The notes below the pieces were generated by a model that ran no database searches, was not told the DNA's origin, and saw only the letters and a program-made list of their open reading frames with translations. Source: Lama guanicoe (Eukaryota). Taken from it: a stretch of DNA of 64,000 nucleotides. The stretch is from NCBI GenBank assembly GCA_013239625.1, contig MU053520.1, forward strand, positions 400,934-464,933, read 5' to 3'. This document shows, piece by piece, positions 1 to 11,626 of this stretch. Numbering within the stretch: the stretch's first letter is position 1; each line of letters begins with the position of its first letter. The position numbers and the translations under genes were made by a program.

Positions 1-909
1 TCATATTCATAAATAACCATATTTAAAGCACTGCTATTCTTGAACAACAATCACTGTATTTTCATAACTATTTCTTTAGCTTACTGTAGAATTGGGCAAG
101 ATATATTTTATTAATCAACTTAGTGACAAGTTACCAACTATGCAAGTTTGTTCTCATGAGATAAGCTTAGACATATGACCTAGTCCTTGATTACAGACTG
201 AGGTAACATAATTTACAATTAAAACAGAAACAAAAATAAACTTTTCATAATAAAAGGAAAAAAAACAAAAATGAAATTTGTTATTCTTGAGCTTACATTT
301 ACAAGAGAAAAAATGTCTTCTCTAAGCAGAGTTGAAAAATGTCTAGTTTATTAAATACTGAGTTTAATTGGATGAAGAATGCACTGTTTATTATCCTAGA
401 AAAGTGATTGTGAGGAAGTTCTGCTAATATGATTGTTACTAACAAGTCTGAACACAAGAAAGTCTCTAGTTGAAAGTCTCATGAATTATCCATGGGAATG
501 TAGGGATGATGGGCAAAGAGGGTGGGGGACTACAGAATCTTGGCACCTTTCTGGCATTCAATTAAAAAAAGAAGAAAGTTCTGTCTAGCCTGTGAAAGAA
601 CATATGTGCACTTAAATATTATTTAGAAAATTATTCTTGCCCCCATTGTTAAGATCATGTGCTTTGGACCAGTATGCTATGATTCAAGTAGAAATTCTAT
701 TTCAAACTAGCTCAGTGATTTTGGCCTAATTACCTTATTGACTTACAATTCAACTTCCTAAGGTATAAAAAATGGTATAGTAACAGTGTCTGCCTCACAT
801 TTTAGTGTGCAAATTAAATGTAATAAGAATAGATGTGAAATCCTTTAAATGTATTCAGCACATAAGTGCTCAGAAATACAACATTTTATTGTCTATCAAT
901 AGAACTTTA

Positions 910-1078
910 GCAACAAGGACCTACTATAACAAGCACAGGAAACTATATTCAATATCTTGCAACAAGGTATAATGGAAAATAATCTGAAAAAATATATATA
1001 TGTGTGTATAACTGCATCACTGCTGTACACCTGAAACTAATGTTGAGAATCAACTACACTTTGAATAAAAAATAAAAT
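910..1078 (+). mobile_element. Short L1 3'-end fragment (artiodactyl-type 3'UTR) with A-rich tail
   Basis: aacaaggacctactata...cacaggaaactatattcaatatcttg...gctgtacacctgaaacta...aatcaactacact followed by an A-rich tail; resembles the 3' end of the L1 at 18870-19010. Confidence 0.85.
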
Positions 1079-3424
1079 TAAATCAAAAATACAACTTTAG
1101 TTGTATCAAGTGTTCATGATTTCAATGAAATTATCTTATTATGTGTGTTGACATAGTTACTTCTCAGATTATTATCTCCATTGCTACTTAGCCATAAAAT
1201 ATGTAATATACACAGAATAAACAATAAATGTGCTAGGTGTTGGACACACTATATTGCTAATATGTGTGATAGTGACAGCTAATATTCATTTCTCATTTCC
1301 TATGGGTTATGATACTCTTTTTGTATTCCTTATTATAATTTTACCTGCATAGAAACATATAAGGAAATAATATAATTGTCCCACTCTACAGATCTGGAAA
1401 CATCTCTAGACGATCAGAACAGAGATTTTCCTTCAGCCACGGGGACCTAGAAGCCTTTGCCAAAAAGAAATTACATTCACATTGTGTAAGATTTATGATT
1501 TGTTAATAACTGTCATTTGCCATTTAATTTGAGTGTATCTGCTTATATTTAGAAAAGTAGTTTGTATATCTGTGTGTCACATAATTTATTTCAGAGTCAG
1601 TCTTTCACTTAATTCTTTCTGTTGACATATTTCATTAATAGAAATCTTTCACATGTCCTTAAAAAGAAACATTTGTTTGTTCTGGAAGTAATTTTTAGTC
1701 ATCACACTGTGCCTAGAATAAGGAGACCAAATTGTAGGGCAAAAGCACCTAGATACAAAATACACAGAAGTACTTCTTGGAAAGGAAATTCTTTGTTACC
1801 ATCATAGATTTACTTATTGGACATTTTTGTTAATCTCTCTTTTCTAATCGACTCTAAATCATTGCATTATGATAGCATGTAAATAAAACTTAATACCCTC
1901 CAGCTGTGACAAACATTAGAAAAGCTTTCCCATCAAAATGATTAAGTATACTTGTCTGCAAATACATGAGCTTATCTCTTTCCCAGTGGTGTGTGCTGTC
2001 CTATGCCATGTCCCTAATTGGGAACGTGGATTATCTCAGTTCTTGGACCCAATTCAACAGAAGCAAAGTGTGTTTTCATAGAATCCTTTTGTAATCTCTG
2101 CCTCATTTTCCACAGTCCTGCGAGTCTTACCTCTAATTTACCCAGACACCAGTTTTCCATCCCATTCTTTGGTAACTATCAAATCCAAGCTCCTGCTATT
2201 CAGGTCTTGTTCCTGGAGAAGAGCATAAACTTCGAAATTGAATTAATATTTACTACTTTCTATCTTCGTGTTCTTCATCTCAGTAGACCAACCATACACT
2301 GGAATTTTACTACCTTTCTTCCTTGGGCCTGAGTATTTTTCTTGTCTACTGTCTAGCCCAGAATCCATACTACCCTCTACTTCCCCCAACATTGGACAGC
2401 AAGGAGCCATGTCTTACTCTTCACTTCAGCCTACTGGCCATGATTGGGGAAGTCTGCTTACTTCCTAATAAAATAATATTTTCCCCTGGATTGGACCTAG
2501 CCCTCATGACCTCCAAAAAATATTTTACCATCTGTCTTATTCCTTAATATTAAATGACACCAAGTGTGCCTTGTGTGGCTAAATATGTCAATTAAAACCA
2601 CTTCCAGGATTAGTATTGACATAGTTCCTCTCTTTCCCCACTGGGCCAGAATTAATGCCCTTCTGGAGCTAACTGTGGAAGCCAATTCTATGAACCTCTG
2701 TCCAGAACTAGCCTATGTCAGATGGTGTAACCACAATAAGCACCTTCTAATTTACATTTTAGGTTAATTTGTATTTACACATATCTAATTTACTGGAAGA
2801 TAGCTTGCTCTATACTCTTCATTTTTAGGATTTATTTCCAAAAATTCAGAACATGATAATGTGTCTTGTAAATTATTATTACAAGATTTTTTTGTTTTCT
2901 GCTGTCATGAAAGTGATGATAGAAACCTTTTTCATGGAGAGGAAGAAATAAAAATTGGCAAATTGTGTTTCTGATTTTTATCTAATTGACATCACTCTTG
3001 GCAAACATTTGAACAAAGATGGCAAAGAATAAGGACATTTCAACATGAAATTTTGGTACAACTATTGAATTCTCATCTTGAAATTGATTTTATTTTGGAA
3101 AAGCAATTGCAAGATGATGCTCAAGAATATCTGTAACAAAATCTTGCAGATTTATACCACGCATGCTTACTTTAACAATGGAAGTGCCCTTTATATTTCA
3201 AATGCATTAGCAACCAGCCTTAACTTTTACAATGACTCTCCAACAAGCTATGCAATTTGATGCATTTGGGGCTTGTGCAAAACTAAGTTACTCTCAAGTT
3301 TTCAGGATTCTTTCTTTCATAGATTCTAGAGGGCTTTTAGAATCTCTGATTCCCCAGAAGTTGCTAGGTCCTCATTCATGTATCTTACATATTTGTCCAA
3401 GTCAGTTTGTACATGACTATATAA

Positions 3425-3844
3425 TAAAAAGGGTTGTAGTAGGGAACAGATTGCATACTGACACTCAATAATTGAAGAGAATTTAGTAAAGCAACCACTT
3501 TTAATGAAGTGGATAAGATTTAGGGAAACTAAAATGGCACAGTACAATGCCCTAGCGTTAGCATTAGTGAGTTACCTTTTCCATCCTGAGGCTTAAAGGA
3601 ACCATGGACCATTACTAAATCCATTAGACAGTAGCAATATAGAATAGACCACAGCAGTAACTCTGCAACAACTCAGCAGAAAGGACACTGGGAGAGTAAA
3701 TGCATGGACTTCAGTTGCTTTCTGCCCTCCCATCTCTAGCTAGAGACTCTCATTGACGTAGTCCACAAAGTTAGCCTCCCAGGAAAAGAGTTGGAAGGAG
3801 AGAGTGGGACATGAATCTCTAGGGGCAAAGAGACTATATCCACA
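3425..3844 (-). mobile_element. Old ERVL-class LTR (LTR33-like)
   Basis: Both ends (gggaacagattgcatact...aataattgaagagaattt and ctaggggcaaagagactatatccaca) resemble the reverse complement of the recalled LTR33 consensus. Confidence 0.5.
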
Positions 3845-3884
3845 ATGTGTGTTTGAACATAAAGTGCTTCTCTAAGTATGTTCT

Positions 3885-4165
3885 TTTTAATATTATTTTG
3901 TAAAAAGAAGTTTTAGGTTCACAGCAAAATTGAGAGGAAAGTACACAGATTTTCCATATATCCCTGCCCCCCACACATATAGCCTTCTACTTATCAACAA
4001 CCCCCACCAGAGTGGTACATTTGTTACAATTGATGAGACTATATTGATACATTACAATCACTCAAAGTCCCTAGTTTACCTCAAGGTGTTGCACACCCTC
4101 TGGGTATGGACAAATATATAGCGGTGTGTATATATAATTATAGCCTCAAACAGAATATGTTCACT
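3885..4165 (-). mobile_element. L1MC-type 3'UTR fragment
   Basis: gttttaggttcacagcaaaattgagaggaaagtacacagattt...ccaccagagtggtacatttgttacaattgatga is typical antisense sequence of an old L1 3' end. Confidence 0.75.
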
Positions 4166-5315
4166 AAGTAAATATAATTTAACTTGTGCTTCTTGTGATT
4201 TGTCAGTCTGCCTCCACAACCACACAAGAAAATCCTCAAAAATAAAGACTGAAACTTATGTATCCTCAGGGCTTTGCATCATGTCCAGCATGTATAAAAT
4301 AACATTTGTTGATGAATAAATGAAGATACACTTGTTTTTTTGTTTTTGAAAGTAATATGAATAGTATGATTCAAAAATCAGTGCAAAGACTTTTTCATAT
4401 TTCTATCCTTTCTCTCCTTTAAGGTGTTCAGGTAAATATTATCTTCCAGGTGATAAAAATCAATCACATTTCCTAAATTTATGGGAGAGACTTTTTGAGC
4501 AAAATTACATTATTTCAAACAATGCTATAATGAGACAATTGACTGATTCAACATGCAAGATACTTGGTTGTTAAGTTACATTCATATAATATTGAAAATA
4601 GTACTTTTTAGGCCATTGACTTAAAGATACTATCTTTGATAATGATCTTTCCACTCTTTTTCCCTGAATATCAAAAAGCCCTTTGTATATGTTACTTTTG
4701 GGGGCATTACTAAAATAATTCCTAGATTGCTATAATTACAATGTACATAAGTACAATGTAGTATAATAACAATTTAATACTTATTGATTGTGACTTTCTG
4801 TCTGCAATTATATATTCTAATCATTCACACTTCCTGTGAATTATAAGAGGCTGAGACTTATTAAAAGTATATTTGATTCAGTTGTCCTATAAAAAGTCTC
4901 TATTTTTTTAAAAAATATGTAAAATGTCAGCTGAAATTTGACATTAAAATTTTAAAAAAGAGAAAAAAAACATGAAGAAAATCTGTTGTTCATTAGCAGT
5001 TTGACTTTTCTGTTTGGAAAACAAACAAACAAAATCACCAACACCAACAAAAAAATGTCATGGGATTCCCTGCCCCTAGACACTAAAAACTCATTGCTGA
5101 AAATTTTCTAACTGTATTATCTTAAGATACTATTTTTTCTAATTCTATGATCTTGCTACACTACTTATCCTCTGAACATCAGATTTTTCATCTGTAAATT
5201 AGGACATTGCTAGCACCCAGAAATGACAGACTATAAGACTAAAATAGATAGCAAAATTCTTCCTGCTTAGTAGACCTACAAAGTTATTTGATTATTTCCA
5301 AAACATTTTAATACA

Positions 5316-5850
5316 GGTTTCTTGAACTGTGAGTTTTTACATAAGGAGTTGTGGGAAAACAAACGTTTACCAGCTATGTATGAGCTCTGAGATGTGTTTC
5401 TTCTTTCTGTTTCAGGTGACTCTTTCTCTAGTCTTGGTTACCTGTATGCATGTTCTGATTAGTACTTGGTTAAAGATTTGAACAGGCAGATATCCAAAGC
5501 TCTCTTGTGTTACTTTCTCTTCTCTGGTATTCCTCCACGAAAACTATAGCTGTCTTTATTTCCCCAGACTCTCAGCAAACTTTTCCCAACAGATTAAGAA
5601 CAGCAGGCTCCTCCTGGTTTCCCCCATTTTAAACTATGACTTGTAAACTCTATCTAGGCTGAAGTTTGGGACAAGGAGTTGACCTTACTTTGTCTGCTTA
5701 TGCTACCTCAGAAATCACTGTCCTGTACTGCCTGATGTTCAATGTCTGAAAAACATTGTCATGTGTATTGTGTCTTATTATTTTAGCTATTTCAGATAAT
5801 TGTGTAAATCCGTTTTCTTTTGCTCCATCTTGAAGAGAAATTCCCCAGAT
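5316..5850 (-). mobile_element. Ancient L1M/HAL1-type 5' region fragment
   Basis: ctcttctctggtattc...tccccagactctcagc...cactgtcctgtactgcctgatgttcaatgtctgaaaa...ctccatcttg motifs, recalled from old L1 5' ends. Confidence 0.5.
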
Positions 5851-6254
5851 ACAAGATAGAGGACTCTTATGTCACTTGGATTCCAGAGTGACTTTGTAGA
5901 GTATGGTCTCCCTGACAATTTCCCATTAACTTGTTCTGGATAATGTTCCATGAGCAAGAAATGAAACTGCTCTGTTCTGCCAATGAAATGATGAGTTTAT
6001 TTTTTGGCAACATAAATTACTCTGTTCTGTTTAACGTTCATACTTTGGGGCAAATAGTATTACTTTCAGATACATTTTGCCTGATCTATTTTTTTATTAC
6101 ATCATCTTTATGGGTTTTTTTCCTATTCTTTCTTTTTCTTTTCTTTTTTTTTGTTCTTTTAATTTTCAAAGCCCAGCTTAAGGGCTTCCTGCTCTCTAAA
6201 GACTATTGACTAATTTTCTTCTATAAACTACTGTTATTAGTCATAACACTCACT

Positions 6255-6545
6255 TATCATTCCACAAGTATTTGTTGATTACCCACTAAATACCAAGCAC
6301 AATGTTAGGAACTGGAAATGCTGCAGGTAACAAGGCTTGCTGCTCTTATGCAGGGACAGATAAACATGCACGTGAAATAAAAACTTTTGGAATTCATAGG
6401 AGAAATTAGAAAACTAAAACAAAGGTAAATGCAGTTTAAACTGGGAGATAGGGCTGAGAGATACTTTATATTGGGTCATTAAGAAAGTCCTCTCTCAGGC
6501 AGTGGCATTCCAGCTGAGAGTGGAATGCTCAGAGGCAAAAATCCC
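6255..6545 (-). mobile_element. L2 3' fragment
   Basis: cattccacaagtatttgttgattacccacta...ccaagcacaatgttagg...aagaaagtcctctct...cagctgaga pattern. Confidence 0.6.
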
Positions 6546-7491
6546 CAATGAAGGAGTAAGATTTGTTCATGTTGGTGGGGAAAGAAAAGGAAGAAGACCA
6601 CTGGGAGCTTTCTCTTTACTCAGTCAGGTGTCAGTCAGGAAAACAGTAGTTATTCTCATTAGTTTAAGAATTACAAGTTAATGTTGACATTTGGTTAACT
6701 ATGTGGTAGAAGACTAAACAGACAAAAAAGTAATTGCTGTGTTAACACAGAGATAGTTACTGTAGAAATAAATTTCCTTTCTGAGGACTGTGGGAACCAA
6801 GAGACCATCTCTGATCCCTTCATGTAAAATAATCTATTCCCACATAGCTCTCTATACTCTTGCCCTACTTTAATATTCTTTATAGGGTTTATTATTATTT
6901 AAATTTTCATTACTTACCTGCTAAATTTTATAAGATGAATGTTCCCCAGTGGAATATGACACTCTGTGTCAGGGGCGTTTTCACTACTGTAACCCCAATA
7001 GCTACAGCAGTTACCAACACATAAGACACATTCAAGACAATTTTTTAAATTAGTTTATTCAAGTAGATGTTCTTTTCAATTTTTTGATACAGATTTTTAG
7101 CTAGTGACAGAGCTAGAATAAAATCTAAGTTCTCCTCATTTCCTTGCATTATATTCCATAGGCAGATTATTACAGTTTTAATTATACATGTATGATTATT
7201 CTCTTTGTGATGTTTATGTAATCTATAAGCAAAAAGAACCTGTCTGTTCTGTCCACTGTTGTATCTTCCTTGGTTTTCACAGTTCCTGAAACATGGTATA
7301 AGCTTAATAAATATTTATTGAATACATGAATGAATAAATTAAATAATTTATACATTGAAATGATACTTCACAATTTATAAGGAAACAAGAGAGTTGAATT
7401 AGAATGAGTTTCTTAAGCCATTCCCTACAGGTGGCCCTGCTTCTATAAAGTTAGCTGTGAATATACTGCCCTCTCGTGATCCACTTCAGAC

Positions 7492-7979
7492 TGTGAATGA
7501 AAATACTTCAATATGAGTGAAAATGCTGCAAGCCGTATCAGTAAACAAAGAATGCTGAAACCAAGTTATCAGCGGCTGCCACCACCCTCTAGTGGGGACG
7601 GGCCTGCAGCCCAGCCTCTGCAGCCACTTACAATGGTGCACCCTGAGGGGACTCAGAATAAGAAAGGATCTGGCCCCAGATAGCTAGGTGCTGTCAAAGG
7701 AATGAATTCAGTGAGCCCAAATGTTTGCTTCCTCCCATACATAGAAAAGCACTAAATTCTTTAACTTGAGATGCCTGGTTTTCTTTAGATAACAAGCAAT
7801 CTTTTATTGTTCCAACTACCTGGTCTTTTTTATAAAGCTCCTATATATCCTAGCTCCTCTGCTACCTCTTCGGAGCAGTCCCTCAGAGCCATCTGAGAGG
7901 CTGTCATCCCGGCTGGAGTCCTCCCACCAAATAAAACATAACTCTTAACTTTTAGGCTGTGTATTTATTTCAGTCGACA
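7492..7979 (+). mobile_element. ERV1-type solo LTR, 488 bp, with 4-bp target-site duplication
   Basis: TG...CA termini (TGTGAATG...GTCGACA); TSD agac at 7488-7491 and 7980-7983; TATA-like tatata near 7842; AATAAA at 7930-7935. Confidence 0.9.
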
Positions 7980-9459
7980 AGACTAAATTAGAAAAGACAT
8001 ACTCTCTTCATTCCAATATTATGTAAATTTGGTTCTAAAGGGATCTATACTCAAATATAACTGCATAACCAAAATTTACCAATAGGGGCTTTTTAGACTT
8101 GTGATGAAGTTCCCTTTGCAATTTACCAGGTAATAAGTCTGTACATGATAGAAGAATTACAATTAAATCTATTGTGTGTATCTTTCAGCCTACATGATTA
8201 TTAAAATACTTTCAGGATTAAAAATAAAAGGACCTTGACCACAGAGTTTCAGTATTAAAGATGATCAGAATAATATCAATCCTTAGGCACCTGGCTATCA
8301 GCACAAATCTCCGCTTGTTTGAAATATATTTGCTTGCTTTTCACACCAACACCAGTCTAACTGGGAACAATCAAATAATCAATTCCACAAAGGTGACTTT
8401 TTGAAGAACACGGATATATATGAGTCCTGGGAGTGAAGGTGGAGATGTGGAGGGAAAAAATATCTTAAAGCTTTTGTGTACTCTGAGTGATATACTCTTT
8501 ACCCAAGGGGACAGCAGTGTTTTAGCTCTATTCCTTCATTTCTCTATTTAGTAATGTGACCTGCATTAATGGTGGTCTCAGAAGAGAAAGACGAGAGAAA
8601 ATAATGGTAGAAGGAGACAATTTAGGAATAAGAAAATTTGCATTTGTGTAACACCTTTGGGAAAACCCCTAAGTAACCAAGCACTTCCCTAACACAAATT
8701 ATCCTCTTGAAAAAGATCTTTTTGTCTTTGACATCACTGGTGTCTTCTGAATTTCTCTCTCCCCAACAGAATGACCTACCCCTTCAAGCATTCAGCTGCC
8801 TGCAAATTCTTTCCTCCCCTCTTCTTTATCACAAATCTAGCCTAGGACAAATAAGACAATTACAGAAATTCTGAGTATGAAGGAATACTTAAGGGTCTGT
8901 TGGTCCAAAAACTTATCTGTGGCTAGAATTCCTTTTAATTTCTATGTAAGAATAAAGGCAAAAATTCTATAAAAGAGTTTCAATATCTGTGTAATCATTA
9001 AATATGAAGATTCCTGAGTTTTAACCCAGACATTCTGGCAATAGGGAATGCATAGTTTCTGAGGCTGGTTTCAGGAATGCATTTTTACCAACCATCTAAA
9101 TAATAGATATTCCTCAATGCTTTCCATTCTATTTATTACTTGTTTTTATATTATTAAAGTTATAACAAAAAGTCAGGAAATAATTAACAGTAACTATTAG
9201 TTTACATAATATTCAGATTGAACATGTCATTTTTTGCCCTATGAGTCAAATTTTAAACAAAATACTACGGACACATTTAAAACCTTATGACCAATTTATG
9301 ATGTCCTTGCCCTCCCTAGAGAAAGCTACTACCCTAAAGTCCTTGTACATTTTATATTTAAATATATCTTTGTAAACATTTTATTTGATCATAACATCAT
9401 ACATAAAATTTAAGAAATCACAAGTATAGACCATGATGAATTTCACAAAGTGATTTTTT

Positions 9460-10080
9460 TTTTCATTCACGGATCATGCTTTTGTTGTTTTATCTAAGTC
9501 ATTGCTGATTTCATTACCTAGATTCACTCCTACATTACATCCTAGGAATTGTTTAGTTTAGTATTTTACAATTATATCTATGACTCATTTTGAATTAATT
9601 CTTGTAAAAAGTGTCAGGTCTATATATAGATTTATTTTATTTTGTTTTATTTTACATGTAGACATCTAGTCGTCCCAGCATCATTTGTTGAAAGACTATT
9701 CTTTCTAATTGCATTCGCTCCTGTGTCAAAGTAAATTGAGTTTATTTGAGTGGATATATTTCTGGGTTCTCCATCCTGTTTATTTGGCCTGTTTGTCCTT
9801 TTTTTCACCAATCTTACATTGTCTTGATTACTGTAGCTTTAGGTCATGTAGTGTCAGCTTTTTACTTTATTCTTTTTGATACATTGTTGGCAATTCTGAA
9901 TCTTTTGGCTTCCTATATAAATTTTAGAATCACACAGTGACTTGCTGAGCTTTTGACTGGGATTATAATGATTTATAGATCAAGTTGGAGAGAACTGATA
10001 TCTTAACAATATTGAGTCTTCCTAGCCATGATCATATAATATCTCTCATTTTATTTAAATATTTGATTTCTTTCATCAGA
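9460..10080 (-). mobile_element. Old L1 ORF2 fragment
   Basis: Antisense ORF2 motifs cccagcatcatttgttgaaagactattc, ttgattactgtagcttta, tatagatcaagttggagagaactga, acaatattgagtcttcc. Confidence 0.85.
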
Positions 10081-10274
10081 TCCTCTACCAATTGTAAACT
10101 TTTTTTTTCTTAGAAGGATCATTGTTATATCTAAAAATCTTTCCATTACAGCTGGAAGTGGATTATTTTCCTAAACAATAAAGTCTCTAATATTTGAGAT
10201 TCACTGTAATGTATCAATGAATTTGGGTTTAATATAAAGAACCACATTTTAGGGATGGAAATTATTTTAAGTCA

Positions 10275-10500
10275 AGTGTAGAACATAAAATCAAATACTC
10301 TGGAGTTTCAAGACATGGGCTCAAACTCTTGATCTAATATTTCCTATAAATCTTGGGCCAGTTTTTTGATGTCTGTGAGCATCAGTTTCTTAATCTATGC
10401 CCTGAAGATATAAACATTACCAATTCAATATTGTTTGATGAGGATTAAGGCATAGTACAATTAAATTGTTTAATGAATGATAATTGGTACTCAAAATATG
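10275..10500 (+). mobile_element. MIR SINE relic
   Basis: ctctggagtttcaagacatgggctcaaa...ttgggccagtt...tctgtgagcatcagtttcttaatct...tgaggattaa core pattern. Confidence 0.6.
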
Positions 10501-11146
10501 ATTTTTACACATTGTATTTTGCCATTGACTAGGGATTTAAATAAATCAAGCATTTTGGTAAATTCAGTGTTGTGTAATTAATTGTGTATTTTGATGAAGC
10601 AAGCATAAATAAGCAAATGAGAAAATATGTTTTAAGCAGCACACTTTTGTCCAAGAGATCTACTATTGTGCTAGGAATGCAGAATTTTTTTCTGCCCAGT
10701 CACTAAGATGAGCCCTGAAGTGATGGAAAAGGGACTCTACAAATATAACACCCAGACATTTACTCATTTTAAAAATCCCACTACTAAAAGTTCACATATC
10801 CTACATCAAACTGTCCTTCATCATTCTTCAAAACCATATTCTGGTTTCTGAAAACTTGGGTAATATGCAACCTTTTAAAGCCATCACCAGGTTAAAAAAC
10901 TTATAACAATCCCTGACTCTTCACATGTACTCAGTTTACAATGCTGGTGTATATATTTAGAATTAGAAATATCACTGAATAACATCCTGCTTTGGCATTT
11001 CCACTGCTTTAACTTAAACTACCATTGCATTTACCTATTAGTTTTTTTAACAACTCTAGCTCATTTCTACTTGCATTAAAAGGTATTCTTTTCACTGTTG
11101 CAAAATAGAGTTTTAATTGTATATAAAATATTTAATTTATACAAAT

Positions 11147-11626
11147 TTACATAAACATATGTATCATGTTGTTTGATTTGCATATGTTGAGCCATCCTTG
11201 TATTCCTGGGATGAACTCAACTTGATTATGGTGTATGATCTTTTTTATGTGCTGTTGGATTCCGTTTGCTAGTATTTTGTTGAGGATTTTTGAGTCTAAG
11301 TTCATCAGTAACATTGGCCTGTAATTTTCTTTTTTGGCAGTGTCTTTGTTGGGTTTTAGTATCAGGGTGATCGTGGCTTCATTGAATGAGTTTGGGAGTA
11401 TTCTCTCCTTTTCAATCTTTTGGAAGAGTTTGAGAAGGACTTGTAGGAGCTCTTCTTTGTATGTTTGATAGAATTCACCATTGAAGCCATCTGGTCCTGT
11501 ACTTTTGTTTGCAGGGAGGATTTTTATTGCTAATTCTATTTCATTTCTAAGGATTGGTCTATTCAAATTATCTATTTCTTCTTGTTTCTGTTTTGGTGGA
11601 CTGTATGTTTCTAGAAAGTTGCCCAT
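11147..11626 (-). pseudogene. L1 ORF2 remnant reading frame (Z-domain and start of RT), 159 aa
   Basis: Peptide matches the well-known L1 ORF2p motifs KSPGPDGF.GEFYQ and [20 protein letters not shown]. Confidence 0.9.

Noticed and set aside
2018..2767. Cluster of overlapping short ORFs
   Set aside because: Mostly non-ATG starts and no recognisable protein; probably an old repeat I cannot name.
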